Shown: positions 50,451 through 61,140, counted from the first letter of the stretch. The stretch: DNA of 64,000 nucleotides from Sedimentisphaerales bacterium (GCA_963666285.1 OY762711.1); one strand, 5' to 3'. The notes: generated from the sequence alone by a model not told the origin. Numbers and translations: made by a program.

Positions 50451-51545
50451 ATGAATAGTTCCAGGCGTTTAGCGAAATCGTTTTTACCGTCAGCTGCGGT
50501 ACTGGAGCTGACATATAAATGTAATCATAATTGTCTTTTTTGCAGTTGTCCGTGGCTGGACGATAAGAATGATTTTGACATTCGTGAAGAGCTTAACCTT
50601 AATCAGTGGAAAGAAATAATTGACAAGTCATGCGACATGGGAATAACCAGTTTTTCATTTACCGGCGGTGATCCACTAATGAAAGATTGCGTAATTGAAA
50701 TTATAGAATATACTGCCAATAAAGAAGTTGAATACATCAAATCAGAAAATGGCATTCTTACCACTTCACACGCCAAGCCTAATATGTATCTAATTACAAA
50801 CGGCAAAGCTATGACAGATGAAATACTTGATCTATGTTTGAAACATAATATGGATATCGGCATGTCACTTCCAGGTTTAGAAAGTTTTAAGACTCATACC
50901 GGGGGGGATGTCGATACTATACTAAACTGGTTCAAAAAAGCCAACCAGAAAGGTGTCACTACCACAGTTGGCATAACAGTAACGGCATTAAATATAGATG
51001 AACTGTTCGAAACAATATCAACAGCATTTATTGCCGGGGCCGATCGCCTGCTGCTTAACAGATTTCTTCCAGGTGGAAGAGGTATAAAACATGCAGATAA
51101 ATTATCAATTACAGCCGACCAGATCGTCCAAATGCTGGATACCGCAGAAGAGGTATTAAAACTTGCCAATCGATATGGAAGCGTAGGGACAGAGCTGCCA
51201 AAATGTATTATAGGCGAAAAAGAATATAAAAGATTAGAAGTTGGAACGACATGTGCTGCCGCTCGCGGTTTTTTTGTTATCGACCCATCAGGATATATTC
51301 GCAACTGTAATCATTCTCCTATTCGACTGCAGCATTATACTAATATTAACGATACCAAACTAGACCCCTATTGGAAATTTTTTACTACAAGAAAATATCT
51401 GCCAAAGAGCTGCCTGGGATGTAAATATATGCATTGCTGTGATGGAGGATGCCGGGAAGCTGCCCATATAATAGGCGGAAATATCGATTCATTAGACCCG
51501 GTATTAATCGTCAAAGACGGTAAAACCCAACCATACTGGCAATAA
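50451..51545 (+). CDS. Radical SAM/SPASM domain enzyme
   Basis: CNHNCLFC, FTGGDP, SPASM CAAA...IDPSGYIRNC...CLGC...CDGGC. Confidence 0.93.
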   Translation: MNSSRRLAKSFLPSAAVLELTYKCNHNCLFCSCPWLDDKNDFDIREELNLNQWKEIIDKSCDMGITSFSFTGGDPLMKDCVIEIIEYTANKEVEYIKSENGILTTSHAKPNMYLITNGKAMTDEILDLCLKHNMDIGMSLPGLESFKTHTGGDVDTILNWFKKANQKGVTTTVGITVTALNIDELFETISTAFIAGADRLLLNRFLPGGRGIKHADKLSITADQIVQMLDTAEEVLKLANRYGSVGTELPKCIIGEKEYKRLEVGTTCAAARGFFVIDPSGYIRNCNHSPIRLQHYTNINDTKLDPYWKFFTTRKYLPKSCLGCKYMHCCDGGCREAAHIIGGNIDSLDPVLIVKDGKTQPYWQ

Positions 51546-51591
51546 TTGGACAAAACTAACACCAACAATAAAGACAGACTTCCGCAAATCA

Positions 51592-53862
51592 TCAGATCAG
51601 ATTTCTACGACGGCGGATGACCCATTCGAAAGTAAGAATAACCAGAAATGCGATAAGGAAGATATAGCGGTCTTCTATGAGAGCAACCTCAGTAGTAACG
51701 GCTTTCTGGAGAACCTTGTCGCTGATAAGCATAATCAGCTTATCGATCTCCGCTTCTTTATAGTATGCCCCGCCGCTGCGGTTGGCCAGATCATTCAAGA
51801 AGGCATGGTCAACAGCAAGATCTGCACCTTCGTTCAGTATCCGGCCAACAGAAAGTGATTTTTCATACCGTTCGAGAACGGTATCATCTTTTTCGGCAAG
51901 CTGAGTTTTGGGCAATACGGCACTCAACTCAAAAATATAATCGCCCGGCTTTGTGAGATCGAATCCTAAGCTATACTGCCTGGAATCGGCAGTTCCTGCC
52001 GGAACAATATCCACCTTTTGCAGCTCGCCTCCGAAACTGACCTGACCACGCAAATGGAGCGAACCCGGCTGATAGTTACCGGCAACAGTAACAACGGCCT
52101 CTGCCCGTTCACCTGGATTATAATATTCCTTATCCCATCTAACCGAAAGAATCCGGCCGGCACCTTCTTTGCCGGTAAGAGCACGAACACTCTGACGCCA
52201 GAGCAGGCCAAAACAATATCGCATATTTTCATTCTGGCGGGTCCACTTCCAAAATGTATTGGTCATAATCGCCATGACTTGGCCCTGACCAAAACGGTTG
52301 ATAGCTACAAGCGGCACTTTTTTTTCTGAAACAGATACACTCATCAGTTCAGTAGCAGCCGGTTTCAGCCGACCGGTTAAATTAGCACTTTCTACATTCA
52401 CAGTCTGCTCTCGCTGCAGGCGATCAACTACACCGCTCATTATAGAATGGGTCTGAGCATAACCCGGAATGCTGACAGGGAACCGACCGCGTAAAAAAGT
52501 ACCTTCTGCCTTGGGGCCAACCCGAAACGGGAACAGCTCGGTAAGTTCAGAGCCGGAGTAGCTACCGGCATCAAAGGAATCCGGACCGCCCAGGAAAATA
52601 ACCGCACCACCAGCCGACACATAATCCTTAATCGCTCTAACTGCTGAGATCGACCAGCTATCGGCAGAGATTGATCCGATAATAATACAGTTGTATAATT
52701 GGAGGTTGGCAAGCTCAGTAGGAAAACCACTTTCCAGAAATGTATCGCTGGTATTCCGCTGGCCCTGGATGACGAACTGACTTTCACCGCCGCTTATGCC
52801 GAGACGGAACAAAGCAGTAAGTGATATTGACGGATCGTCACTGAGTTCACGACGTACGGCACGAAATTCCCAGCCGACCTCATGGGCGTAGAACAGCACA
52901 TTGATCTCTTTATGCTCAACCTCAACGGTGAACTCGCGAATATTATTGAGCAGGGTAAGCTCTCTAACACCGCTGTTTAAGCGAATGCGAAACCGCCGGA
53001 CACCTACACTGTCATTATCGGCGATAGAATATTTCTCACGTTCACGCCCACCGCTTAGATTGATAAGACGGCGTTCCTTGATAAACCATTTTTCGCCATC
53101 ATATTCTTCCAGCAGCAGTTCAGTTTTGCCAAAATCACTTAATGAGCCAGCACCAACAGCGAACATATCGACTGTTATCTCAAAGTTGCTGCCCTTCTCG
53201 ATAGTTGCCGGGCAATCAACATCGTCAATTGCGGCATCCGGCATATCTGGCATTTCACTGCCAACACCAACGATGTACATTGGCGAGTCCGGCATAACAA
53301 CACTGTCAACGACCTCATCACCACCATCAGTGAGCATAATGAAAGCATCTGCAACAGTAGCGGAATCGTTGCTGCACAGTTCAATGAGAACCTGACCAAT
53401 ATCGGTATTTCTTACCGCTTGCCCATGAATAATATCAGCAGCACTACTATCAAGCAGAGTATCAGTGAAAATGTAACGGTCATAGTCAGCATACTCCTTA
53501 ACAGCATCGATGATTTTTTCGCCAAGCCCTTCCGCCCTTCTGAGCCTGGGCAACTCACCGGAATCTGTAACATCCATTGATGATGAAACATCAGTCAATA
53601 GAACAATGCGGGTAGGATTCTCCGGTCGTCTGATAGTAAGCCAGAGCGGGTCAAACAGGGCAAATAGCAAACATAAACCGCCAAGCACCCGTAAGATCAG
53701 AAATATAATTGAAGAGTTCTGTTCAAATCTTTGACGCAGCCTCTGCCAATATAGCCAGCAGAATAAACCTGCCAAAGCAAGAATCAGCATAACCAATGCC
53801 GGGTTATACTCTCGCCAGTGAAGCATGGCAAGCAGATTAATGTTTTCGGTAGATACCTTCAT
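51592..53862 (-). CDS. Membrane protein with vWA and GATase1-like domains
   Basis: DVSSSM MIDAS, LTDG, GGAVIFLGGPDSF, terminal EWVIRRR. Confidence 0.8.
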   Translation of the reverse strand: MKVSTENINLLAMLHWREYNPALVMLILALAGLFCWLYWQRLRQRFEQNSSIIFLILRVLGGLCLLFALFDPLWLTIRRPENPTRIVLLTDVSSSMDVTDSGELPRLRRAEGLGEKIIDAVKEYADYDRYIFTDTLLDSSAADIIHGQAVRNTDIGQVLIELCSNDSATVADAFIMLTDGGDEVVDSVVMPDSPMYIVGVGSEMPDMPDAAIDDVDCPATIEKGSNFEITVDMFAVGAGSLSDFGKTELLLEEYDGEKWFIKERRLINLSGGREREKYSIADNDSVGVRRFRIRLNSGVRELTLLNNIREFTVEVEHKEINVLFYAHEVGWEFRAVRRELSDDPSISLTALFRLGISGGESQFVIQGQRNTSDTFLESGFPTELANLQLYNCIIIGSISADSWSISAVRAIKDYVSAGGAVIFLGGPDSFDAGSYSGSELTELFPFRVGPKAEGTFLRGRFPVSIPGYAQTHSIMSGVVDRLQREQTVNVESANLTGRLKPAATELMSVSVSEKKVPLVAINRFGQGQVMAIMTNTFWKWTRQNENMRYCFGLLWRQSVRALTGKEGAGRILSVRWDKEYYNPGERAEAVVTVAGNYQPGSLHLRGQVSFGGELQKVDIVPAGTADSRQYSLGFDLTKPGDYIFELSAVLPKTQLAEKDDTVLERYEKSLSVGRILNEGADLAVDHAFLNDLANRSGGAYYKEAEIDKLIMLISDKVLQKAVTTEVALIEDRYIFLIAFLVILTFEWVIRRRRNLI

Positions 53863-53877
53863 ATTAAGTATGACCTA

Positions 53878-54726
53878 TCATTCCATCTTATCCAACTGTG
53901 CCAGGAAGAAATCTCTTCCCCATAGTTCCAGTGAAGGCTGCTCAGCAACTCTTACAAATCGGCGGACATCATCAGCGGTCTTTTGCCAGTCCATCGACTC
54001 GATCTTTTGGGCCAGTTCTGTAAAACACCAATCATTATCAACTTCCAAATTCTGTCCCTTCCATGGCCCCGCCTGGTTAAGGGCTGACGACAAAAATCTA
54101 CAGTTAACTTTGACCTTCTGGCTAGTGTACCATATAAAATCATACCAGTCTCTGCCTTTGATATATTCACGACAAAGCAGTGCATGAACCTTGCCGGCAA
54201 ACAAACTGGGCTTATCCTGAACGATAACAGAAGAAGCAAAAGGAAAGTCCAGGTATTTGATCTCATATTCACTGCCTGACGGCGGATTGGTATCGACCTC
54301 GAACTTAATCCTAATTTTTCCAGGCGGTCCGGTCATGCCGGAATAACCAAGCTGTAAAACTTTACCCAGCGAATCATCCTTAAGAAAAGCTTTCTGTACC
54401 GTTACTCCTGCTTTAGTGCGATCAACTATATCGATCTCATAGCCATAAGCTGCCAGCTCATCTGTCAGTGACTGCAGATGCGGGTTAAGCTCAAAATCAA
54501 CAGCAGGCTCTTTCAATATAAAATCCATATCCTCGGAAAACCTGTTTAAGCCATAGAATATTCTCAGACACGTGCCACCTTGAAATGCCGCATGTTTGAA
54601 AAAATCAGTTCTGCCAAGTGCAGCCAGAGACACTTCCTGGGTAATCTCACGAATCGCCTGCTGCTCTTCAATTTCAGATTTACAATTATATGAGTTTAAC
54701 CTGTCCTGAATAAATTTAACACTCAC
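53878..54726 (-). CDS. Type IV TA toxin, AbiEii nucleotidyltransferase
   Basis: FQGGTCLRIFYGLNRFSEDMDF, KGRDWYD. Confidence 0.92.
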   Translation of the reverse strand: MSVKFIQDRLNSYNCKSEIEEQQAIREITQEVSLAALGRTDFFKHAAFQGGTCLRIFYGLNRFSEDMDFILKEPAVDFELNPHLQSLTDELAAYGYEIDIVDRTKAGVTVQKAFLKDDSLGKVLQLGYSGMTGPPGKIRIKFEVDTNPPSGSEYEIKYLDFPFASSVIVQDKPSLFAGKVHALLCREYIKGRDWYDFIWYTSQKVKVNCRFLSSALNQAGPWKGQNLEVDNDWCFTELAQKIESMDWQKTADDVRRFVRVAEQPSLELWGRDFFLAQLDKME

Positions 54727-55361
54727 AGCTTCAACTCCTTTCTTAATGTTTTTAGAAAGGTTTTTACTCGACTGCTTTTATAATTATTATCAAGAGTTTT
54801 AAAATCTTCTGCTGATAGCTGTTCCAGATATTCAGGCTCGACCCGCAAACTCTCTATTGCAGGGGCGATGCCCTGCCAGCTGCACTTATGCACATATACA
54901 TAATCTGCAAGAGCTTTGAGCGGTGCTGCAACCATAAACAGCTTGCCGTTTTCATCTGTTTTATGATCTACACCGGAATAGAACACCTTCTGCGGCACCC
55001 GACTATAACTGAAACGTCCTAACGGCGTATCGAACTCCTTGCTGAGTTTATAGCATACACTTGTTACAGTATAAACCGCTTCCGGGATCCAACCATGGAA
55101 ACTCAATGCTGATTCCAGACTGATATACGATGGGCCGTAGATATGCTGAGCGACTACATACGGATTTAGCCTTTTTTTCTGCAATGCGTCCGATAAACAA
55201 TACAGCCCCCTGCGAATATTGACAATATCCCCCGCTGCCATTGCTCGTTTGGTCTGGGCATGACGCTGATTATCGCCGCCAGGAGCTAAAATTGCCAGTT
55301 CCGGCACAGAAACCACACCTTCAGGACCAAACTCTACCAGTTTTCTCGTTAATTTATTCAT
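54723..55361 (-). CDS. Type IV TA antitoxin AbiEi
   Basis: IRRGLY, PSYISLESALSFHGWIPE, KALAD. Confidence 0.9.
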   Translation of the reverse strand: MNKLTRKLVEFGPEGVVSVPELAILAPGGDNQRHAQTKRAMAAGDIVNIRRGLYCLSDALQKKRLNPYVVAQHIYGPSYISLESALSFHGWIPEAVYTVTSVCYKLSKEFDTPLGRFSYSRVPQKVFYSGVDHKTDENGKLFMVAAPLKALADYVYVHKCSWQGIAPAIESLRVEPEYLEQLSAEDFKTLDNNYKSSRVKTFLKTLRKELKL

Positions 55362-55392
55362 CTTAGATCGATATTATGCATATTTTCAACAG

Positions 55393-55487
55393 AAACTGTC
55401 ACTTTTCGACAGTTTTTAAACTATAAATCATAATATCGACCAAGTCAAGCTGTTTTCCCAGAAGAAACTGTCGTTTTTCGACAGTTT
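55393..55487 (-). promoter_or_regulatory. abiE promoter flanked by two 23-bp inverted-repeat operators
   Basis: AAACTGTC-N7-GACAGTTT at 55393-55415 and 55465-55487; TTGACT-N17-TATAGT at 55448-55420. Confidence 0.75.
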
Positions 55488-55817
55488 TTCAAAAAATAAA
55501 GATATAATTCATGTAAACATCATATATTTTCCGAACAAATCAAATCGGTTCAGAAAGAATTTGCAGAATTAAAATGAAAACAAAAAAGGCTTCATCAATC
55601 ATTGAAACTCTTGAAAATAATGATTATGTTACTATAAAACAAATAACTGAAGGGTCAAATAAGGATAAAATATATTTTGATATAATGTTCTGGGATTAGA
55701 GAATATCAACATATACTTATTAAAAAAAGGCATCCCAATATAAATCGGGACACCTTGATAATTTATTACAATAACTTGTCAAACTATTGCTGAGCTTATA
55801 CCTAGTTATACCAAGAA

Positions 55818-57269
55818 TCACAAGCTGGCAATATTCGGCTTCCTGGCAGCCAGAACATCATCGAGTCTGCTGACAGGAGTAGTCTTTGGCGTATCAAGAA
55901 CAGCTTGTGGGTTATCCTGAACCTGTTTGGCAATATCAATCATTGCTTCTATAAATTCATCAATAACTTCCTTGCTCTCGGTTTCGGTCGGCTCGATCAT
56001 AAGAGCTTCTTTAACAATCAACGGGAAGTACATTGTCGGAGGATGGAAACCACGGTCGATCAGTGCCTTGGCAACATCCATCGCATGAACGCCATTTGCA
56101 TTCTGGCGGGATGCACTAAAGACACATTCATGCTTACAGGTCTGACCGAAAGGCAGATCGTAATAATCCTTGAGACGCTCCTTGATATAGTTTGCGTTCA
56201 GAACGGCATTTTCGCTGACACGTCGCAGGCCTTTAGCACCAAGGCGGAGGATGTAGGCATAGGCACGAAGTACAATACCGAAGTTTCCGTAGAACGGCGC
56301 AATATACCCGATAGAGTCAGGGAGATCGTATTGCAGGTAAAACGCACCATCTTCATGCTTGCGAACAACGGCAATCGGCAGGAACTGCTCAAGCTTTTCG
56401 CAGACACCGACAGGACCGGCACCAGGACCGCCGCCGCCGTGAGGAGTGGCAAAGGTTTTGTGCAGGTTTAAATGCACAACATCGAACCCGATATCCCCGG
56501 GACGAACTTTACCGACAATAGCGTTAAGGTTAGCACCGTCGTAATAAGCCAGACCGTCAACGCTATGGATAAGGTCGCAAATTTCATTAACGTGCGGGTT
56601 GAACAGTCCGAGAGTATTTGGGCAGGTGAGCATTAGCCCGGCAACCTTGTCGTTAATGGCCTCTTTAAGAAGTTTGAGGTCCATAACGCCGTTTTCGTCG
56701 GAAGGGATAGTCTTTACCTTGTAGCCGGCAATAGAAGCACTGGCAGGATTTGTGCCGTGGGCACTGTCGGGAATAATAATTGTATCTTTGTGAGTATTAC
56801 CCTGCTTACGATGATAGGCTGCTATGATCATTATGCCGGTAAGTTCGCCGTGTGAGCCTGCCATCGGCTGCATAGTGAATGCTTTCATACCGCAAATTTC
56901 ACTAAGCATCTTGTCCATATCGTACAGAACCTGAAGAGCACCCTGGGTAAGAGCACCACCAGACCGCAGCTGAGGTAATAACGGATGTAGATCGGCAAAG
57001 TCCGACATACCGGCGATAACCTCTGTCATCTTGGGGTTATACTTCATAGTACAGCTGCCTAGCGGATAGAAATTGGTATCTACACCAAAGTTCATGCGTG
57101 ACAACGCGGTAAAATGACGAACAACATCGCATTCGCCAAGTTCGGGCAGCTCAGCATCAGCTTTCCTGAGATATTTTTCATCCAAATGCTTGATCGCCTT
57201 TGGTACACCGGTAAGATCAAACCGGGTAGCACGGCGTCCTTCTACACTTTTTTCGAATATAAGTTTCAT
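55818..57269 (-). CDS. gcvPB: Glycine dehydrogenase subunit 2
   Basis: PLGSCTMKYNP, HLNLHKTFATPHGGGGPG, MIEPTETE. Confidence 0.97.
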   Translation of the reverse strand: MKLIFEKSVEGRRATRFDLTGVPKAIKHLDEKYLRKADAELPELGECDVVRHFTALSRMNFGVDTNFYPLGSCTMKYNPKMTEVIAGMSDFADLHPLLPQLRSGGALTQGALQVLYDMDKMLSEICGMKAFTMQPMAGSHGELTGIMIIAAYHRKQGNTHKDTIIIPDSAHGTNPASASIAGYKVKTIPSDENGVMDLKLLKEAINDKVAGLMLTCPNTLGLFNPHVNEICDLIHSVDGLAYYDGANLNAIVGKVRPGDIGFDVVHLNLHKTFATPHGGGGPGAGPVGVCEKLEQFLPIAVVRKHEDGAFYLQYDLPDSIGYIAPFYGNFGIVLRAYAYILRLGAKGLRRVSENAVLNANYIKERLKDYYDLPFGQTCKHECVFSASRQNANGVHAMDVAKALIDRGFHPPTMYFPLIVKEALMIEPTETESKEVIDEFIEAMIDIAKQVQDNPQAVLDTPKTTPVSRLDDVLAARKPNIASL

Positions 57270-57293
57270 CTATTACATTTAACCTTATTATAT

Positions 57294-57478
57294 TAGTGCG
57301 GTTTCGCACATTGACTGTTCAACATTACACGCAAAGGTCGGAACAGGGCCTTGTGAATGAAAACCTTTTCATTTAATTGTATTATCGAGCTATTTCTCGA
57401 AAGTATATTAAATTCAACATGTTGCAAGAAGGCCATTTAAGCCGTTTTTTGCAACTTAAAAATTGCGAAATTAAACTA
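57294..57478. mobile_element. MITE family B, full-length copy (185 bp) between gcvPA and gcvPB
   Basis: Imperfect TIR TAGTGCGGTTTCGCA / TGCGAAATTAAACTA (11/15); halves recur at 31326 and 26802. Confidence 0.6.
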
Positions 57479-57492
57479 TTACTATTTGAATC

Positions 57493-58824
57493 TTAGAGTA
57501 CACTTTCGAGTGCTTCGGCAAGCATGCCGATTTCCTGTTTGGTACGTTTTTCGGTAACGGCTATTAACAAAGTATTATCCATATCTTCATAGTAGCGATA
57601 GAGCGGAAAACCGGCTGCAAATCCGCGTTCGATCAGTTCGCCGGCAACATCAGCGGCATTCCTGGGCAATTCAACAACAAATTCGTTAAAGAACCAGCGG
57701 TTACGAAAACGAGGACTGACACCGGGGACGGCACAGATACGCTCAAAGGCATACGCTGCCTTGTCATAGCAGTTCATCGCCAGCTCCTTGAAGCCATTCT
57801 TACCAACAAGTGACATATATATAGTAGAGGCAAGAGCACAAAGCGATTCGTTCGAGCAGATATTGGAATTTGCCTTTTCTCGTCGAATATGCTGTTCACG
57901 GGCCTGTAAGGTAAGAACGAAACCATCACGCCCTTCACTATCGACAGTACGACCGCAAATACGCCCCGGCATACTGCGAACATATTTCATTTTGGTTGCC
58001 ATGAATCCAAGGTACGGTCCGCCAAAACTGAGAGGAATACCAAGCGACTGACCTTCACCGGTGACAATATCAACATCCATTTCGCCGGGAGTCTTAATCA
58101 AACCAAGTGAAACCGGATAACAAGAACTGACAAGCAAGGCTTTTTTGGCATGAACCGTTTCTGCTATATCAGTAAAATCGTCTATCAGGCCGAAGAAGTT
58201 CGGGTTCTGAACGATAACCGCTGCTGTTTTGTCGTCAAGCTCAGCTTCGATCGCTTCACGAGAAGCACGACCATCTTCATTTTTGACTGTTACCAGTTCA
58301 ATCTGAAGATTGCGGGTATAACTCTCAAGCATAACACGATAGATCGGGTTGACAGTATCATCGAGAATGATTTTGCCGCGTTTGGTAATCCGCATTGCCA
58401 TCATCATCGCTTCGTAAAGAGCGGTACCGCCATCATAGATAGACGCGTTCGACGCTTCCATATTGGTAAGCCGACATATCATTGACTGATATTCATAGAT
58501 AGCCTGCAGAGTACCCTGGCTAAGTTCCGGCTGATACGGGGTATAGGCGGTATAAAACTCACCACGATTCAGACACGCGTTTACCGCAGCGGGTATAAAA
58601 TGGTCATAAAACCCGCCGCCAATAAAACAGGTAAGATGCGAATGGTTTTTATCCGCCAGCTTAGCGAGCTGCTGGGTAATCTGCAGTTCGGACTTAGCCT
58701 TTGGAATATTGACATCTTCAACGAGCAACTCGGCAGGAATATCAGCAAAGAGATCTTCCATCTTGATGCCGAGATAATCCAGCATCTCCTGACGCTGTTT
58801 CTTTGTATTTTGTATATATGGCAT
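57493..58824 (-). CDS. gcvPA: Glycine dehydrogenase subunit 1
   Basis: YTAYTPYQPELSQG, FGGPYLGF, REQHIRREKANSNIC. Confidence 0.97.
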   Translation of the reverse strand: MPYIQNTKKQRQEMLDYLGIKMEDLFADIPAELLVEDVNIPKAKSELQITQQLAKLADKNHSHLTCFIGGGFYDHFIPAAVNACLNRGEFYTAYTPYQPELSQGTLQAIYEYQSMICRLTNMEASNASIYDGGTALYEAMMMAMRITKRGKIILDDTVNPIYRVMLESYTRNLQIELVTVKNEDGRASREAIEAELDDKTAAVIVQNPNFFGLIDDFTDIAETVHAKKALLVSSCYPVSLGLIKTPGEMDVDIVTGEGQSLGIPLSFGGPYLGFMATKMKYVRSMPGRICGRTVDSEGRDGFVLTLQAREQHIRREKANSNICSNESLCALASTIYMSLVGKNGFKELAMNCYDKAAYAFERICAVPGVSPRFRNRWFFNEFVVELPRNAADVAGELIERGFAAGFPLYRYYEDMDNTLLIAVTEKRTKQEIGMLAEALESVL

Positions 58825-58946
58825 ATTGAAATTCAGATATTAGGTTTTAGGTATTTAGTATCAGGATAGATGCTGCTCATGTACCCCAGGTTCTGAGTAA
58901 ACGCAAAGCAAATATCTAACCTATACGTTATAGAATTAAAATCAAA

Positions 58947-59324
58947 TTACAGTGTTTTTAGATAGTCCTGGTATGCTTCATAATCCATCAGATCTTCGCC
59001 GCCACTGTGTACATCAAACTTACAAATCCAGCCTTCACCAAACGGATCATCATTGACCTTTTCCGGATTCTCATCCAGAGATTCATTAACTTCTGTAACT
59101 TTGCCGTTCACAGGTGAGTATATGTCGCTGGCAGCTTTTGAGCTTTCGATAGTAGTCAATTCAACACCGGCTTCAGCTTCGGCACCAATTTCAGGAAGCT
59201 CAACATAAACTATATCGCCAAGTTCGCTGACAGCAAAATCGGTAATACCCATTACTGCTTTCTGATCTTTAATCAAAACCCACTCATGTTCCTTTGAATA
59301 CAGCATCTTCGTCTTATCAAGCAT
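58947..59324 (-). CDS. gcvH: Glycine cleavage H protein
   Basis: KEHEWV, IESSKAASDIYSP lipoyl-Lys motif. Confidence 0.97.
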   Translation of the reverse strand: MLDKTKMLYSKEHEWVLIKDQKAVMGITDFAVSELGDIVYVELPEIGAEAEAGVELTTIESSKAASDIYSPVNGKVTEVNESLDENPEKVNDDPFGEGWICKFDVHSGGEDLMDYEAYQDYLKTL

Positions 59325-59385
59325 AATTAAAAACTCCTTAAAATTATTGAATAATTTGTTCCTAAGTAATTATTATTATAGACTT

Positions 59386-60588
59386 TTAATATTTCATAAA
59401 TCTTTTTGTAGTAACACCAGACAGGTCAGGTTCGTATTTATCACCGACAATACATTTGGCAACACGTCCCTGCTTGATATGCCTATCATTCCGGGCTACA
59501 TAATAGCCCCCCACCACATCGCCTGCCTTGAGTGCACCGACCTGCGCCAGAGCCAGGGCAATCTGTTTGTCTTCTATCTTGACGCTGCTGAGAATTGCTC
59601 CGACACAAATTCCATCTTCGGTAAGTATGCCGTCATTTTCACGAACCGGCCTTACCCCGCGACTTCCGTCAAGTTCGAGACGATAGATTTTCATCTCAAA
59701 ATTTTCCGCTCGTTTACGAAAACCTTCGCAACCAACAAACCATTCTTTATTAAGGTCAACAGCCCAGCCGTAACCAGCCTGGAAAGGAGAAATAGCATGT
59801 TCACCTTCGAGTTCATGACCGTAGAGCGGCAGCCCGGCTTCAATACGCAAGCTGTCGCGAGAGCCAAGCCCGCAAGGCACAGCCCCGGCAGCAATAACAG
59901 CGTCCCAAAGATCGCCACATATATCCGGATGAACCAGAAATTCGTACCCTACCTTTGACCCGGTATAACCCGTACTGCAAACATAAACACTGCCACCTAA
60001 AATATCAATCTTACAAAATTCAAAAGAACCCAGTGACTGGAATTTAGCCTTCTGTTCGGCATCAGAAATAAGTCCGGCGATAATTTTCTGAGAGTCTACC
60101 CCCTGAACGGGCATTACCAGACAACGGTCCGAGCCGCTGACATCAGCCCGAAGATCACGTACTGTCGGCAAAGTATCAAGCCTGCCAGCAAGCAAATCAG
60201 CTGCTTTAGCCAGATGAGCCTGGACATTAGTATCATTTGCAGCATTAACAACCATGAGAAACCGCTCAGAAGATTCACGATATACAATCAGGTCGTCAAT
60301 CGCCCTGCCTTCGGTATCAGGCATAAAAGAATATTGTGCCTGACCGTCAGAAAGATTATTTATATTGTTTGCAGTAAGCAAATTAAGAAATTCTGCCGCT
60401 GTCGGGCCGGTAAAATCCAGAACGCCCATATGAGTGCAGTCAAATATGCCTGCAGAATTGCGAACTGCTTCGTGTTCGGCCTTGATTGAACTATACCAAA
60501 GAGGCATCATATATCCGGCAAAATCCGCCATATTACGGCCACCGGTGAGAGCGATATGTTTTCCGTAAAGCTTTGTCTTTAATGGCAT
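59386..60588 (-). CDS. gcvT: Glycine cleavage aminomethyltransferase T
   Basis: FAGYMMPLWY, FDCTHMG, GLGSRDSLRIEAGLPLYG. Confidence 0.95.
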   Translation of the reverse strand: MPLKTKLYGKHIALTGGRNMADFAGYMMPLWYSSIKAEHEAVRNSAGIFDCTHMGVLDFTGPTAAEFLNLLTANNINNLSDGQAQYSFMPDTEGRAIDDLIVYRESSERFLMVVNAANDTNVQAHLAKAADLLAGRLDTLPTVRDLRADVSGSDRCLVMPVQGVDSQKIIAGLISDAEQKAKFQSLGSFEFCKIDILGGSVYVCSTGYTGSKVGYEFLVHPDICGDLWDAVIAAGAVPCGLGSRDSLRIEAGLPLYGHELEGEHAISPFQAGYGWAVDLNKEWFVGCEGFRKRAENFEMKIYRLELDGSRGVRPVRENDGILTEDGICVGAILSSVKIEDKQIALALAQVGALKAGDVVGGYYVARNDRHIKQGRVAKCIVGDKYEPDLSGVTTKRFMKY

Positions 60589-60639
60589 TATAATTTTCCT
60601 TCTGTCTCACTTAAGATTAAGTATCTCAAGTCTGGGAAT

Positions 60640-60685
60640 AAAAAAAGCACAGTAAACATACTTATGCTAAATATGCTTACTGTGC
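60640..60685 (-). terminator. Riboswitch-controlled intrinsic terminator
   Basis: GCACAGTAAGCATA...TATGTTTACTGTGC followed by a T-run on the minus strand, abutting aptamer 2. Confidence 0.8.
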
Positions 60686-60919
60686 CTCTGTCCTGTGACC
60701 TGAGATATTTTAACCTGTGAAACTAAACCCATCCATAAGGCCCTATTATATAATTACTTATAATCTGGTTCCAGGTTATCCTTCGGTTTCCGCATCCGGC
60801 GAAATCTCCAGAGTACCATCATCATAGAATCCATTTGCCTGAGAGTTTTACAGACAATTGCCTGCTTGCACCTTCGGCGGTCAGCCATACTTTTGTAAAG
60901 CGACTCTCTCTCCTATGAT
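60686..60919 (-). ncRNA. Tandem glycine riboswitch
   Basis: Two aptamers with GGAGA...CCGAAGG...CTCAGG motifs upstream of gcvT. Confidence 0.92.
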
Positions 60920-61140
60920 TCAACTGGCATTACAACAAGTTGTATCTGCGGCTATATTAGCGGAAACATTACGCTTTTTCAAATGAAATGAAAGATTTTG
61001 ACAGTTATTTTAATTCACAGGCATAAAACTAATATAAATGCATATTAATAGGAATAAGCGTAAATCGTTTTTCTGAAACAATTAAAAAGTGATTAATTAA
61101 CTTTAAAACAGAAATAATTTCGGAGCAAGAACAAAGAAAC

